Assembly: GCA_038245785.1 (NCBI GenBank)
Contig: JBBRSB010000001.1
Coordinates: 96,001 to 160,000, forward strand
Source of the DNA: Gloeobacterales cyanobacterium
Lineage (GTDB): Bacteria; Cyanobacteriota; Cyanobacteriia; Gloeobacterales; PMM-0068
DNA: 64,000 nt
Reading direction: 5' to 3'
Below, one piece after another: positions 40,470 to 52,465 of this stretch (position 1 is the first letter of the stretch; each line of letters opens with the position of its first letter). The notes under the pieces are model-generated. The model was given only the letters and a program-made list of their open reading frames with translations. It ran no database searches and was not told the origin of the DNA. The translations under genes and the position numbers were made by a program.

Positions 40470-41663
40470 ATGAACGCGCAAAAGACGCGGGAGCAATCTA
40501 TCAGTCCTAGAGACTGGTCGTGGCCTTTCTGGCCACTAGTACCTCTTTACCCATACGGTAAGCGGCGGACCCTCCGTCAAGAAGTGCTTAAAGACACCAT
40601 CTGGACGTTTGACCAAATTCAGGGTGTTTTATACGTCGTCACACCGATTCGCATGACCGTCGTAAAACTCGATGAAGGCGGTTTGTTTGTTTTTGCTCCA
40701 ATTGCCCCAACCCGAGAGTGTATCCGGCTTGTTAAAGAACTAGTGGCAGAACATGGGGATGTCAAATACATCATCCTGCCCACCGTATCCGGCCTAGAGC
40801 ACAAAGTATTTGTTGGTCCTTTTGCTAGACGTTTTCCCCAGGCCCAGGTTTTCATGGCACCCAACCAGTGGAGCTTTCCCCTCAATCTCCCCCTTAGCTG
40901 GTTGGGCTTACCTTTAGGGCGTACCCATCTGCTTCCAGAAGACAGTAACAAAGCTCCCTTTACCAATCAGTTTGACTACGCTATTCTCGGCCCTATTGGG
41001 GTTGGTCAACCCTATGAAGAAGTAGCCTTTTTTCACAGACGAACCCGTACACTACTTATACTTGATGCAGTAGTTTCCATCTCAGAAGACCCCCCTGCTA
41101 TCGTCCAACTGGACCCCTATCCCTTACTGTTTCATGCCAGAGATAATGCCTTCGATATCGTCGAAGATACAGAGGAAAATCGACGCAAGGGCTGGAAACG
41201 CATCTCTCTATTCACATTCTATTTCCAACCAAGTGCCTTGCATGTAATTGGCTTAAAGCAGGCGTTCCGCGATGCCTGTAAAGCTCCAGACCGCTCTAAG
41301 AAAGCATATTTCGGCCTCTTCCCCTTCCGCTGGAAACCCATCTGGGAGGAATCTTTTGCTTCTCTGCGAGGCGGCGGACGTCTATTTGTAGCCCCCATTT
41401 TGCAAGCGCTGATTCTGAACCGAGCGCCCCGGCAAACCTTGGAGTGGGCTGATAAAGTAGCAAGCTGGAATTTTCAACGCATCATTCCCTGTCATGCAGA
41501 CTCACCGCTTGAAGTTGGTTCTCAGCAATTTCGGCAAGCCTTTGCCTTCCTAGAAAAGAAATCGTTAGTAGAGGGAAAAAATCATCTTCTTCCTGAAGCA
41601 GACTTTGAATTGCTTAGAAAAATTGAGAAAGCGCTGTCTCTACCGCCTCCACCCGCAAATTAG
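40470..41663 (+). CDS. DUF4336-family protein
   Basis: WPFWPLVPLYPYGKRRT, IRMTVVKL, GLEHK, IIPCH. Confidence 0.88.
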   Translation: MNAQKTREQSISPRDWSWPFWPLVPLYPYGKRRTLRQEVLKDTIWTFDQIQGVLYVVTPIRMTVVKLDEGGLFVFAPIAPTRECIRLVKELVAEHGDVKYIILPTVSGLEHKVFVGPFARRFPQAQVFMAPNQWSFPLNLPLSWLGLPLGRTHLLPEDSNKAPFTNQFDYAILGPIGVGQPYEEVAFFHRRTRTLLILDAVVSISEDPPAIVQLDPYPLLFHARDNAFDIVEDTEENRRKGWKRISLFTFYFQPSALHVIGLKQAFRDACKAPDRSKKAYFGLFPFRWKPIWEESFASLRGGGRLFVAPILQALILNRAPRQTLEWADKVASWNFQRIIPCHADSPLEVGSQQFRQAFAFLEKKSLVEGKNHLLPEADFELLRKIEKALSLPPPPAN

Positions 41664-41961
41664 CTAGTGAATATAATTCTCTATCTCTCTCTGTTACATT
41701 TCATAATATTTTTTCGCAAGCATTTTCTGAGTGCTTAGGGCAAGGCTCACTCTTCTAAATGCTCTCCTAAAGAGCATTCCAGCTCTATTAGCGCCTATTC
41801 TAATAGATTTAGGTAAGGGGCAAAAGACCAAGCTCAGAATCCTCAGATATGACAACTTCCTTAAAACTAAAGATCTGTAGGCTTCCACGTTGCACAATCC
41901 ACACTAGCTAGAATTAAACTCCTGCTCCTTAGACACCCTCTTAATAGGCCACCCCTCCACT

Positions 41962-44900
41962 ATGAACAGCAACGAACTGCCCGCGAAACAAGGTCTGTAC
42001 GATCCACAGTTCGAGCATGACGCCTGTGGTGTCGGCTTTATCGTGCACATGAAAGGACATAAGTCTCACGATATTGTGACGCAGGCTTTGACCATTCTGG
42101 TGAACCTTGACCACCGGGGAGCTTGTGGTTGCGAGACGAATACGGGGGACGGAGCAGGCATTCTGATGCAGGTACCGCACAAGTTCCTGAAAAGAGTAGC
42201 GCAGGCAGAAAACATTACCCTGCCCGAAGCAGGGCAGTATGGCGTCGGCATGATTTATTCCTCGACCGATCCTGCTGCACGGGCGAAGAGCCGACAGATT
42301 TTTGAAAAGATTGCATCCGAGGAAGGCCTAGATGTTCTGGGCTGGCGCAATGTGCCGACGGATAACTCATTGCTGGGGGATACCGCCAAGTCTAGCGAAC
42401 CCTTTGTGGAGCAGGTATTCATTCAACGACCCGCAGATTTGGCAGACGATTTGGCTTTTGACCGTAAGCTCTACGTCATCCGCAAGCTAGCGCACAATGC
42501 CATCCGCGCAACCAAAATAGACGCCTGTTGGTATCCCTCCAGCCTCTCCTGCCGCACGATTGTCTATAAGGGAATGCTGATGCCCATACAGGTGGGGCAA
42601 TATTATCCTGAGCTCCACGATCCAGATGTGGAGAGTGCCTTGGCCCTGGTTCACTCCCGATTCAGCACCAATACCTTCCCTAGTTGGGAGCGCTCCCATC
42701 CCTATCGCTACATCGCCCACAACGGCGAAATCAATACGATGCGCGGCAACATCAATTGGATGATTGCCCGACAATCGATGTTCCAGTCGGAGCTGTTTGG
42801 AGAGGATATCCAGAAGATCCAGCCTGTGATCAACATCGATGGCAGCGACTCGACTATTTTCGACAATGCGCTTGAACTGATGGTTCTAGCCGGGCGGTCA
42901 CTACCCCATACGGTGATGATGATGATTCCTGAGCCGTGGACGGCTCATGAGTCGATGAGCGATGAGAAAAAAGCTTTTTATGAATACCACTCCTGCCTGA
43001 TGGAGCCGTGGGATGGCCCAGCATCCATCGCTTTCACCGACGGTACAATGATTGGCGCGGTGCTTGACCGTAACGGCCTCCGCCCCTCCCGTTACTACGT
43101 GACCAAAGACGATCTGGTGATCATGGCTTCGGAAGCAGGCGTACTGCCGATCGAACCGGAGCGGGTAGCAGAGAAAGGCCGCTTGGAACCAGGCCGGATG
43201 TTCCTGGTGAATATGGAAGAGGGCCGCATTGTCACAGACGAAGAAATTAAGCACCAAATTGCGACGGAGCATCCCTATCGCCAATGGATCAACCAACATA
43301 TGGTTGAACTGGCAAGCCTGAAAGATGCGCCTGAATTGCCAGCATTAGATACTCTGCCTCTGCTGCAACGCCAGATGGCCTTTGGCTACACCTTTGAAGA
43401 ACTGCGCATGTTATTGACACCGATGGCCCGTGATGGTGTCGAGGCCATTGGAGCAATGGGTTCGGATACGCCCCTGGCCGTGCTTTCTGACCGCCCTAAA
43501 CTACTGTATGAATACTTTCAGCAACTCTTTGCCCAGGTGACGAACCCACCGATTGATTCTATCCGCGAAGAAATTATCACTTCGGCGGAGACGACCATCG
43601 GTTCTGAGCGCAACTTGCTCAAACCCGAGCCCGAAAGCTGCCATTTGATTGAGCTGAAAACACCGATTCTCAGCAACGAAGAGCTGGCCAAGCTTAAGTA
43701 TTTAGCTAAGACCGAGATGCAGGAGACCGAGACGCGAAATTTCGCGTCTTTACTGCTCCCTATCCTTTTTGATCCAAAGTCTGGGAGGCAGGGTCTTGAG
43801 CAGGTGATGGATGAGCTTTTTGCAAAGGCAGATGAGGCCATTGCCGCAGGGGTGAGCATCCTTATCCTTTCCGACCGAGGCGTGGATAAAGATAAGGCTC
43901 CCATTCCGGCACTGCTTGCGGTTGCGGGACTGCATCACCACTTGATCCGTGAAGGCACCCGTACACGGGTGGGTCTTGTGCTCGAATCGGGTGAACCACG
44001 GGAAGTCCATCACTATGCAACCCTAATTGGCTATGGCTGCGGAGCGATCAATCCCTATCTTGCTTTTGAGACGCTGGATGACATGATTGGTCAAGGCTTG
44101 CTGGTGGATGTTGACCATAAGACTGCCTGCAAGAACTACATCAAAGCCGCAACTAAAGGGGTTACCAAAGTTGCTTCAAAGATTGGGATCTCGACGTTGC
44201 AGAGCTATCGTGGGGCTCAGATTTTCGAAGCGATTGGTCTGAATCAGGCGGTTGTTGACAAATACTTCACTTGGACGGCCTCTCGCATTGAGGGTGCGGA
44301 CCTGGAAGTGATTGCGAAAGAAGCAATTTTGCGACACGGTCATGCCTTCCCAGACCGTCCCGGAGATGGTCACACCCTCGATGTTGGCGGTGAATACCAG
44401 TGGCGTAAGGAAGGGGAAGCGCATCTGTTCAGCCCAGAGACGATTCACGCCCTGCAAAAAGCGGTGCGTGGCGGTAGCTATGAGATGTACAGACAGTACG
44501 CCGCCTTGGTCAACGAGCAAGGGCAGAAGTACTACACCTTGCGCGGACTGCTGGAGTTCAAGCAGCGAGCATCGGTACCGATTGAAGAAGTCGAGCCAAT
44601 CGAAGCGATCCTGAAGCGCTTCAAAACCGGGGCGATGAGCTACGGCTCCATCTCCAAGGAAGCCCACGAAACCCTGGCGATTGCGATGAACCGGATTGGC
44701 GGCAAATCGAACACGGGTGAAGGGGGCGAAGATCCTGACCGCTACACCTGGACCAATGAGCAGGGCGACTCGAAAAATAGTGCGATTAAACAGGTTGCCT
44801 CCGGTCGTTTCGGTGTTACCAGTCTCTATCTCTCCCAGGCTAGGGAACTTCAGATCAAGATGGCACAGGGCGCAAAACCGGGTGAGGGAGGACAGCTTCC

Positions 44901-46581
44901 TGGCAAGAAGGTCTATCCCTGGATTGCAAAGGTGCGCCACTCGACGCCAGGCGTGGGACTGATCTCGCCGCCGCCACACCACGATATCTACTCCATCGAA
45001 GACCTGGCCGAATTGATTCATGACTTGAAGAATGCAAACCGAGCGGCACGGATTAGCGTCAAGCTCGTGTCTGAAGTTGGGGTCGGGACGATTGCGGCGG
45101 GCGTTGCGAAGGCACACGCGGACGTCGTCCTGATCTCAGGCTATGACGGAGGGACAGGCGCTTCTCCTCAGACCTCGATTAAGCATGCGGGATTGCCCTG
45201 GGAACTGGGTCTTGCTGAAACCCATCAAACCCTCGTGCTGAATAATCTGCGTTCCCGGATTGTGGTCGAAACCGATGGCCAGATGAAGACAGGCCGGGAT
45301 GTGGTGATTGCTGCGTTGCTGGGAGCCGAAGAGTTCGGTTTTGCCACTGCTCCTCTAGTTTCGCTCGGCTGCATCATGATGCGCGTCTGCCATCTCAACA
45401 CCTGCCCAGCCGGGATTGCCACGCAGGACCCCTATCTCCGTCAGAACTTCACAGGCGACCCTGCCCATGCTGTGCATTTCATGACCTTCATTGCCCAGGA
45501 AGTGCGTGAGCTGATGGCCCAACTTGGTTTTCGCACCCTTAATGAAATGGTGGGCCGCACCGACGTGCTCGATCCGAAGAAAGCAGTGGCCCACTGGAAA
45601 GCGAAGGGTCTCGATTTCTCGAAGATTCTCTATCAGCCACAGGTCGGACCAGAAGTAGGTCGCTATTGTCAGATTCCTCAGGACCACGGCCTCGAAAAAT
45701 CCCTCGACATGACCGTATTGCTTGACCTCTGTAAAGCAGCGATTGAGAAGGGTGAATCGGTGAAGACAGATCCGCCGCTCCCGATCAAAAACGTGAATCG
45801 CGCCGTCGGTACGATTCTTGGCAACGAAATCACCAAGCGTCACTGGGAAGGCTTGCCCGAAGATACGGTTCACCTGCATTTCCAAGGCAGTGCGGGTCAA
45901 AGCTTTGGCGCCTTTGTGCCCAAAGGGGTCACCCTCGAACTGGAAGGCGATGCCAATGACTACCTCGGCAAAGGACTCAGCGGCGGCAAGATCATGCTTT
46001 ATCCACCAGCCGCTTCCACCTTTGTGGCAGAGGATAACGTCATTGTCGGGAACGTAGCCCTCTATGGGGCGACCTCCGGTGAGGTCTATATCCGAGGAAT
46101 TGCTGGGGAACGTTTCTGTGTCCGCAACTCAGGCGTGAACACCGTCGTTGAAGCCGTCGGCGACCATGGCTGCGAATATATGACCGGAGGAAAAGTCGTT
46201 GTCCTCGGGCGCACCGGACGCAACTTTGCAGCGGGTATGAGCGGTGGGGTTGCCTACATCCTCGATGAGCAGGGTGATTTTGCAACGCGCTGCAATACGC
46301 AGATGGTTGGCTTGGAAAAGCTGGAAGATCCAGAAGAGATTCACGATCTTCGTCAGTTGATTCAGAACCATGTGGACTATACCCAAAGCCAAAAGGCGAT
46401 CCAGGTCCTGGCAAACTGGGAAGCGATGCTGCCTAAGTTCGTCAAAGTGATGCCAAGGGACTACAAGCGCGTACTGCAAGCGCTGCAAGAAGCTCTAAAA
46501 AGCGGCTTGAGTGGCGACGATGCCCTTGATGCCGCTTTTGAAGCGAATGCCCGCGACGTTGCGCGTATCGGTGGTAGCTAG
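41962..46581 (+). CDS. gltB: Glutamate synthase large subunit
   Basis: [38 protein letters not shown], 3Fe-4[18 protein letters not shown] domain. Confidence 0.98.
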   Translation: MNSNELPAKQGLYDPQFEHDACGVGFIVHMKGHKSHDIVTQALTILVNLDHRGACGCETNTGDGAGILMQVPHKFLKRVAQAENITLPEAGQYGVGMIYSSTDPAARAKSRQIFEKIASEEGLDVLGWRNVPTDNSLLGDTAKSSEPFVEQVFIQRPADLADDLAFDRKLYVIRKLAHNAIRATKIDACWYPSSLSCRTIVYKGMLMPIQVGQYYPELHDPDVESALALVHSRFSTNTFPSWERSHPYRYIAHNGEINTMRGNINWMIARQSMFQSELFGEDIQKIQPVINIDGSDSTIFDNALELMVLAGRSLPHTVMMMIPEPWTAHESMSDEKKAFYEYHSCLMEPWDGPASIAFTDGTMIGAVLDRNGLRPSRYYVTKDDLVIMASEAGVLPIEPERVAEKGRLEPGRMFLVNMEEGRIVTDEEIKHQIATEHPYRQWINQHMVELASLKDAPELPALDTLPLLQRQMAFGYTFEELRMLLTPMARDGVEAIGAMGSDTPLAVLSDRPKLLYEYFQQLFAQVTNPPIDSIREEIITSAETTIGSERNLLKPEPESCHLIELKTPILSNEELAKLKYLAKTEMQETETRNFASLLLPILFDPKSGRQGLEQVMDELFAKADEAIAAGVSILILSDRGVDKDKAPIPALLAVAGLHHHLIREGTRTRVGLVLESGEPREVHHYATLIGYGCGAINPYLAFETLDDMIGQGLLVDVDHKTACKNYIKAATKGVTKVASKIGISTLQSYRGAQIFEAIGLNQAVVDKYFTWTASRIEGADLEVIAKEAILRHGHAFPDRPGDGHTLDVGGEYQWRKEGEAHLFSPETIHALQKAVRGGSYEMYRQYAALVNEQGQKYYTLRGLLEFKQRASVPIEEVEPIEAILKRFKTGAMSYGSISKEAHETLAIAMNRIGGKSNTGEGGEDPDRYTWTNEQGDSKNSAIKQVASGRFGVTSLYLSQARELQIKMAQGAKPGEGGQLPGKKVYPWIAKVRHSTPGVGLISPPPHHDIYSIEDLAELIHDLKNANRAARISVKLVSEVGVGTIAAGVAKAHADVVLISGYDGGTGASPQTSIKHAGLPWELGLAETHQTLVLNNLRSRIVVETDGQMKTGRDVVIAALLGAEEFGFATAPLVSLGCIMMRVCHLNTCPAGIATQDPYLRQNFTGDPAHAVHFMTFIAQEVRELMAQLGFRTLNEMVGRTDVLDPKKAVAHWKAKGLDFSKILYQPQVGPEVGRYCQIPQDHGLEKSLDMTVLLDLCKAAIEKGESVKTDPPLPIKNVNRAVGTILGNEITKRHWEGLPEDTVHLHFQGSAGQSFGAFVPKGVTLELEGDANDYLGKGLSGGKIMLYPPAASTFVAEDNVIVGNVALYGATSGEVYIRGIAGERFCVRNSGVNTVVEAVGDHGCEYMTGGKVVVLGRTGRNFAAGMSGGVAYILDEQGDFATRCNTQMVGLEKLEDPEEIHDLRQLIQNHVDYTQSQKAIQVLANWEAMLPKFVKVMPRDYKRVLQALQEALKSGLSGDDALDAAFEANARDVARIGGS

Positions 46582-46595
46582 AATTCATAACTGCT

Positions 46596-46622
46596 GTAGG
46601 GAGAACGGCCATTCATCCCTAC
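46596..46622. repeat. GTAG-type REP-like palindrome in the gltB-gltD spacer
   Basis: gtagggagaacggccattcatccctac, an imperfect palindrome bounded by GTAG/CTAC. Confidence 0.5.
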
Positions 46623-46658
46623 GCCCTCTTACCGAATGGCCATTCTTGAGACACGACC

Positions 46659-48137
46659 ATGGGAAAACCAACTGGCTTTATTGAATATCTCCGCGAAGCA
46701 CCTTCTGAAGTAGAACCGCTCGAACGCATCCGCAACTGGGATGAATTCCACCTGCCGATGGAAGAGGAAAAGCTCCGCACCCAAGGAGCTCGCTGTATGG
46801 ATTGTGGCATCCCGTTTTGTCACACGGGTAACGTGATCAGCGGGATGGCCAGCGGCTGCCCCGTCAATAACCTGATCCCTGAATTCAACGACCTTGTCTA
46901 TCGAGGACTCTGGCGTGAAGCCCTGGATCGTCTGCACAAGACGAATAACTTTCCCGAATTCACAGGCCGCATTTGTCCTGCCCCCTGCGAAGGGGCCTGT
47001 GTCCTTGGCATCAATAACCCTCCGGTCACGATTAAGAACATCGAGTACTCGATCATCGACAAAGGCTGGCAAGAAGGTTGGATTACTCCCGAACCTCCGG
47101 CCAAACGTACCGGGAAAAATGTTGCCATCATCGGCTCCGGTCCTGCTGGTTTATGCGCCGCCGCCCAACTCAATAAAGCAGGGCATTGGGTGACCGTATT
47201 TGAACGGGCTGACCGTCCGGGTGGTCTCCTGATGTATGGTATTCCCAACATGAAGCTGGACAAGGAAGAAATCGTCCTTCGCCGTCTAAACGTGCTGGAA
47301 GACGAAGGCGTCAAGTTCGTCTGCAATACAGAAGTGGGCAAAGACCTGCCTGTGGAAAAGCTACTCCTAGACTTCGACTCCGTCGTCCTCTGCACCGGAG
47401 CGACCAAACCCCGCGACTTGCCGATTGAAGGCCGCCAGCTAGAAGGTATCCATTTTGCGATGGATTTCTTAACGGCAAATACAAAGGCAGTTCTAGATCG
47501 TGGCGAAACCTCAATGTCTGCTGCAGGCAAAGATGTCGTCATTATCGGTGGTGGGGATACAGGTACGGACTGTGTTGGCACCTCGATTCGTCACGGCTGC
47601 CGGAGCCTAGTACAGCTTGAGATCATGCCCAAGCCACCATCGGCTCGTGCGGCGGATAATCCTTGGCCCGAATGGCCCAAGGTCTATAAAATGGACTATG
47701 GCCAAGAGGAAGCGGCGGCTAAGTTTGGGGAAGACCCACGCGGTTATGTGACTACCGCCACCAGGTTCGAAGGCGATGAAAATGGACAGGTGAAAGCGGT
47801 TCATACCATCCAGGTGCAGTGGCAGAAAAATGACAAGGGACAATTCATTCCGGCACATGTCCCTGGCACTGAACAAGTCCTGCCTGCCCAACTTGTTCTT
47901 CTGGCAATGGGCTTCCTCGGTCCTGAGCAACCGTTACTCAATGCCCTTGGGGTAGAGCGTGACCCACGCAGCAATGTGAAAGCCGACTATGGTAAGTATG
48001 CCACTAGCATTCCTGGCGTCTTTGCCGCCGGTGATTGCCGCCGTGGGCAGAGCCTCGTCGTCTGGGCTTTCAACGAAGGCCGTGGTGCTGCCCGTGAATG
48101 TGACCTTTACCTAATGGGTAGTACTGATTTACCCTAG
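46659..48137 (+). CDS. gltD: Glutamate synthase small subunit (NAD(P)H-dependent)
   Basis: [56 protein letters not shown]. Confidence 0.98.
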   Translation: MGKPTGFIEYLREAPSEVEPLERIRNWDEFHLPMEEEKLRTQGARCMDCGIPFCHTGNVISGMASGCPVNNLIPEFNDLVYRGLWREALDRLHKTNNFPEFTGRICPAPCEGACVLGINNPPVTIKNIEYSIIDKGWQEGWITPEPPAKRTGKNVAIIGSGPAGLCAAAQLNKAGHWVTVFERADRPGGLLMYGIPNMKLDKEEIVLRRLNVLEDEGVKFVCNTEVGKDLPVEKLLLDFDSVVLCTGATKPRDLPIEGRQLEGIHFAMDFLTANTKAVLDRGETSMSAAGKDVVIIGGGDTGTDCVGTSIRHGCRSLVQLEIMPKPPSARAADNPWPEWPKVYKMDYGQEEAAAKFGEDPRGYVTTATRFEGDENGQVKAVHTIQVQWQKNDKGQFIPAHVPGTEQVLPAQLVLLAMGFLGPEQPLLNALGVERDPRSNVKADYGKYATSIPGVFAAGDCRRGQSLVVWAFNEGRGAARECDLYLMGSTDLP

Positions 48138-48209
48138 GAGGATAGCTTCTACTGTCCAGCCCCTCGTTTTGCTTCTGAAGCCAATACACGAAGAAAAAAG
48201 GAAAGGAAC

Positions 48210-48422
48210 ATGATGCAGTTTTCTCCACAAACCGTCTACGACAACCTCAAGCTGCTTGAGCGTGTGGACGTTGCTACCAGCGCACTCTACCGCCAACTAG
48301 CGCAAGATGCACTGGGAGATCCAGAAGTCAGCCTTGCCTGGAGACAAGCTATTGCCGACCGCCTCAATCAAGCCAACTATCTTCTTGGGAAGCGGACCGT
48401 AGTCGATAACGATAGCTATTAG
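48210..48422 (+). CDS. Small hypothetical protein
   Basis: 70 aa, AAGGA RBS, directly after gltD. Confidence 0.6.
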   Translation: MMQFSPQTVYDNLKLLERVDVATSALYRQLAQDALGDPEVSLAWRQAIADRLNQANYLLGKRTVVDNDSY

Positions 48423-48463
48423 ATGGTTGACTCTTATTGGACTACTGACTGCTTTAATGCCCG

Positions 48464-49168
48464 CTAAATGGTGAACTCTTCGACCAAAGAGGCCTCTAGC
48501 TGTTTCAACACCGCTTTCGCTCCAGCTTCAGAGGATGCAGGATTCTGTCCTGTAATTAGATTGCCATCGCTCACTACGTAGGACTGCCAGTCTTCTGACT
48601 TGGAATATTTGCCGCCATTCTTGTTCAGCTCATCTTCCACCAGGAACGGTACGATCTCAGTCAGGCCAACCGCTGCTTCCTCAGTGTTGGTAAAGCCTGT
48701 TACAGATTTATTTTGGACTAGAGGAGTGCCATCGGGCGCTTTCGTATGGCGCAATACGCCAGGAGCATGACAGACGGCGGCGACAGGCTTGCCCGCAGCA
48801 TACATAGCTTCAATCAAGGCAATGGAGTCGGAATCTTCAGCCAGATCCCACAGCGGACCGTGGCCACCGGGATAGAACACGGCATCATAGGCTTCAGCGG
48901 ATAGGCTCGACAGCTTTACCGTATTCGCCAAAGCAGTTTGCGCCGCTTGATCTCCTCTAAAGCGAGCGGTTGCCTCGGTTTGAGCATCCGGCTGGTCACT
49001 TTTAGGATCAAGCGGTGGTTGTCCGCCTTTGGGAGAAGCGAGCGTAATTTCGGCGCCTCCATTTTTGAAGACGTAGTAGGGAGCCGCAAACTCCTCTAAC
49101 CAAAACCCCGTTTTTTTGCCACTATCGCCCAACTTGTCGTGGGAAGTCAACACCATCAAAATTTTCAT
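48464..49168 (-). CDS. DJ-1/PfpI (Hsp31-like) type 1 glutamine amidotransferase-like protein
   Basis: TGFWLEE, YPGGHGPLWDL, AVCHAP, ITGQNPAS. Confidence 0.93.
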   Translation of the reverse strand: MKILMVLTSHDKLGDSGKKTGFWLEEFAAPYYVFKNGGAEITLASPKGGQPPLDPKSDQPDAQTEATARFRGDQAAQTALANTVKLSSLSAEAYDAVFYPGGHGPLWDLAEDSDSIALIEAMYAAGKPVAAVCHAPGVLRHTKAPDGTPLVQNKSVTGFTNTEEAAVGLTEIVPFLVEDELNKNGGKYSKSEDWQSYVVSDGNLITGQNPASSEAGAKAVLKQLEASLVEEFTI

Positions 49169-49222
49169 CGTTATTTCCTTTGTGTTTGTTTAGTCTGTAC
49201 ATTTAACCGATCGCAAAGCCGC

Positions 49223-50287
49223 TTACTTCCAAGCGCGTTCATATTGAACCGGCGTCGGTACCGCCTGACGCAGTTGTTTCGCAGCCTGCAGCGCCCAATA
49301 GGGATCACGCAGCATTTCTCTAGCGAGTAACACCATATCCGCCTGACCTGTACGGATAATCTGGTCAGCCTGCGCGGGTGCAGTAATCATGCCAACAGCT
49401 CCGGTAGCGATGTTTGCTTCGCGTCGGATCCGATCGGCAAAAGAAGTTTGATAGCCTGCGCCCACCGGAATCTTTTCACCCGGCACAATCGCACCCGAAG
49501 AACAATCGATGAGATCAACGCCCAGTGATTTCAATTTATCGCTGAGCGCAATACTTTGTTCAAGGTCCCAACCATTAGGAACCCAATCGGTTGCAGAAAT
49601 GCGAACCCAAAGCGGTGTCTGATCAGGCAGAATATTGCGCACTGCCTGAACGACTTCACCTAAAAACCGAATGCGATGCTCAAAACTGCCACCGTACTCA
49701 TCTGTCCGTTGATTGCTCAAGGGAGACAGAAATTCATGCAGCAGGTAGCCGTGAGCCGCATGAATCTCAATCACGTCAAATCTAGCTTCGAGGGCGCGCC
49801 GAGCTGCGTCCACAAAGGATGTCGTCAGATTTTTAATGTCTTCGATACTGAGCGCGGTCGGGTCGAGGCTGTCTGACTTAAATGGAATGGCGCTGGGCGC
49901 AATCGGGGTCCATCCCCCTTGAGCTTCGGGAAGCACATCTCCGCCCTCCCAAGGTGGAGACGTGCTCGACTTTCGACCCGCATGAGCAAGCTGAATGCCA
50001 GCAACAGCGCCATTGCGATGAATTAACTCCACAATTCGCGCCAACATTTCAATGTGGGCATCTTGCCAGATTCCTAAATCTTGGGGCGTGATGCGACCTT
50101 GCGGCTCGACTGCCGCTGCCTCCGTCATCACAAGACCTGCCCCTCCAACAGCCCGACTGACGAGATGAACAAGATGCCAATCGTTCGCGAATCCATCTTC
50201 GCTGGAATATTGGCACATAGGAGAAACTGCAATCCGATTCCGGAAGGTAACACCCCGTTGGTCCAATGGTTCAAATAAATGCGGCAT
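49223..50287 (-). CDS. NADH:flavin oxidoreductase (Old Yellow Enzyme, YqjM/NamA-like)
   Basis: NRIAVSPMCQYS, QLAHAGRK, EIHAAHGYLLHEFLSPLSNQRTDEYGGS. Confidence 0.95.
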   Translation of the reverse strand: MPHLFEPLDQRGVTFRNRIAVSPMCQYSSEDGFANDWHLVHLVSRAVGGAGLVMTEAAAVEPQGRITPQDLGIWQDAHIEMLARIVELIHRNGAVAGIQLAHAGRKSSTSPPWEGGDVLPEAQGGWTPIAPSAIPFKSDSLDPTALSIEDIKNLTTSFVDAARRALEARFDVIEIHAAHGYLLHEFLSPLSNQRTDEYGGSFEHRIRFLGEVVQAVRNILPDQTPLWVRISATDWVPNGWDLEQSIALSDKLKSLGVDLIDCSSGAIVPGEKIPVGAGYQTSFADRIRREANIATGAVGMITAPAQADQIIRTGQADMVLLAREMLRDPYWALQAAKQLRQAVPTPVQYERAWK

Positions 50288-50425
50288 ATTTGCAAACCGA
50301 TGAATCAGTGCTACTTCGTTCAAGGCTTTAAGGGCCTATATCGTCCATTCTGTCGCTTTATCTTCAGCGTGGCATCAGCCCATAGACGTGTGAGTGTGTT
50401 GGGCGGCCCCTAAAAACTGGATTGA

Positions 50426-51394
50426 TCACGGGCTTTGTGGGAACAACTCGCTCATGCGGTCGAGGATGTGCTTCTGCATGACCGTGCGGATGGTCGATTG
50501 CTCGACAATCATCAGGAGGTGGCCCCCTCTCTCGAAACGGACCAGCCTTGCACCTGGAATTGTGGAAGCAGCGAACGCAGCATTGTGGTAGAGCTGCAGG
50601 GTGTCGTCTGTGGCATGGAATACCAGGGTCGGGGCTTGGATCGCGGCTATCCTCTCACCTGGCAGTGTAGCCTTGTTATCGAAAGCAACACCGGCAGCTC
50701 GCAGCGAAACCGGGTTCATATAATCAATCAAGTGTTCAACCCATTCCCGCTGCTGGGGGATAAGACCGGCAATGACTGCGTCGTTGGCCCCCATCAACCC
50801 CATGAACTGCTTTTTGAACAGCTTGGTGATGGCCCAGTAAGGCAGGTCATACTTAAAGATAGTCGTCAGCATCTCGCCTTTCTGGTTCGCCTGCGCTTGG
50901 TCTTGTGTGGCTGAAGCCGCGACACCGCAAGAAATGAGTGTAAGCGAGGATACCCGTTCAGGGTGCAATACGGCAAAAAGTAGAGCTGAAGGGCCACCAT
51001 GAGATATAGCGACGACCGCAACTTTTTTGATGCCCAGCTGGTCGAGCAAATACGTGTAGGCATGGGCTTGGTCGTCCCAGGTGGCACCCTCGCGGAAGGT
51101 CGAGCGCAGATATCCAAAGCGCGAAGGCGTAATCCAGTGGAATTGCTCACCCAGCACGGCCTGCGCAAGGAGTTCGCCCTGATCGTAGCCGCCGCCGCTT
51201 CCGTGGATCACCAGGACCGCAGGACCTGATCCACCTTCGGTGTATTCGATATCCCCATAGGGTGAAGTTATGACAGTGCTCTTTCCCCGGACCCGTTCAT
51301 AAGCTCGATTCATATCCCAGAGATAGGCCGCTGAAACCAAAACCACCGCTGCGATCAACCCTATCGCCATCCAGCGTAGAATCCTTCTTAACAT
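50426..51394 (-). CDS. Membrane-anchored alpha/beta hydrolase
   Basis: N-terminal TM, IHGSGGG, nucleophile elbow AISHGG, DD acid, GGH; AAGGAG RBS. Confidence 0.88.
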   Translation of the reverse strand: MLRRILRWMAIGLIAAVVLVSAAYLWDMNRAYERVRGKSTVITSPYGDIEYTEGGSGPAVLVIHGSGGGYDQGELLAQAVLGEQFHWITPSRFGYLRSTFREGATWDDQAHAYTYLLDQLGIKKVAVVAISHGGPSALLFAVLHPERVSSLTLISCGVAASATQDQAQANQKGEMLTTIFKYDLPYWAITKLFKKQFMGLMGANDAVIAGLIPQQREWVEHLIDYMNPVSLRAAGVAFDNKATLPGERIAAIQAPTLVFHATDDTLQLYHNAAFAASTIPGARLVRFERGGHLLMIVEQSTIRTVMQKHILDRMSELFPQSP

Positions 51395-51472
51395 CTTTCT
51401 CTCCTTCAATGTTGGGCGGCATCTGCCTTTCTCAGTCGCTGTCTGGAACGAGAGAGTCAGCGAAACGTAGAA

Positions 51473-51658
51473 GTGATGTGGTTGCTCAAGGGCTTAACGC
51501 CAGACCATAAAACGATAGCGGACTTTCGCAAAGAGCATTACAAAGCACTCCAGAAAGTGTTTCGAGAATTCATTGAGCGGTGTGAAGCGCTGGAATGGTT
51601 TGCGGAGAAATCATGGCGATTGACGCCAGCAGATGGTCGAGCACATGAAGACTCATAA
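51473..51658 (+). mobile_element. IS1182-family transposase fragment
   Basis: WLLKGLTPDHKTIADFRK matches the DUF772 signature; no DDE core. Confidence 0.75.
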
Positions 51659-51674
51659 ATCCCTCTGACCCGCT

Positions 51675-52451
51675 TTAAGAACAGAATTCCTTATGGACAG
51701 CGGCTGCGATACTTTTAGAAATTTGTGTTGCTAGCAAAGCGCCTTTTTGGAGACTTGCTCCTTTAGCCGAAGATAAAACTCCTGAGGCGGGCACTAGCGA
51801 AGTATCCGCTGGATAGAGATCATAGGGGGGAAACTCGGCAGGACCATCACTCGGGATCAGGTCCAGATGCACTAACTCTGGATAGTAGTGAAGCATAAGA
51901 GAAGTCTCAATCACGGCGGCATGTTCCAGGGCAAAGCCAGGAAAACCTTCGGGGAAGACTTCTTTCAGCGTTTGTTCGCTACAAAAATCCCAATATTCCA
52001 AGCGCATCACCTGCACGGCTGCCGTTTTTCCTAAATCCCGCATCGCCAACTCAATGCCTTCGGTCAGGAACCATTGGTTTTCATAATGACCATCGATAAA
52101 AGCGATATGGCGGACTTGGTGACGGGCTAATTCGCGGATGATATCTCGGGTCATTTGACTCAGGCTATTGCCATCCAAACTGGTAGTGCCGGGAAAGTGC
52201 TGTCCGCCGCCGCAGCGAGGCTGGGATTTATAGCCATAGTTCAACGTGGGGGCGACCAAACCGTTTACTTCTCTGGCCACGCTTTGGGCAACAGCCGTGC
52301 AGAGGAGGGCATCGGTGCCAAGCGGAAGATGGGGACCATGCTGCTCTAGAGAACCACAGGGAATGAAAACCACCAAATTTTCCTGGGAAACCCGTCTTTG
52401 GAATTCAATCCAACTTATAGAACTCATCAGTACGGGGTCTACCTGTGTCAT
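51675..52451 (-). CDS. Creatininase-family cyclic amidohydrolase
   Basis: GSLEQHGPHLPLGTD, DGHYEN, EHAAVIETS metal ligands. Confidence 0.92.
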   Translation of the reverse strand: MTQVDPVLMSSISWIEFQRRVSQENLVVFIPCGSLEQHGPHLPLGTDALLCTAVAQSVAREVNGLVAPTLNYGYKSQPRCGGGQHFPGTTSLDGNSLSQMTRDIIRELARHQVRHIAFIDGHYENQWFLTEGIELAMRDLGKTAAVQVMRLEYWDFCSEQTLKEVFPEGFPGFALEHAAVIETSLMLHYYPELVHLDLIPSDGPAEFPPYDLYPADTSLVPASGVLSSAKGASLQKGALLATQISKSIAAAVHKEFCS

Positions 52452-52465
52452 CTCCTGCTCTACTC

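Noticed and set aside
44176..45117. 313-aa - strand ORF and similar ORFs inside gltBD
   Set aside because: Antisense shadows of GC-rich conserved genes
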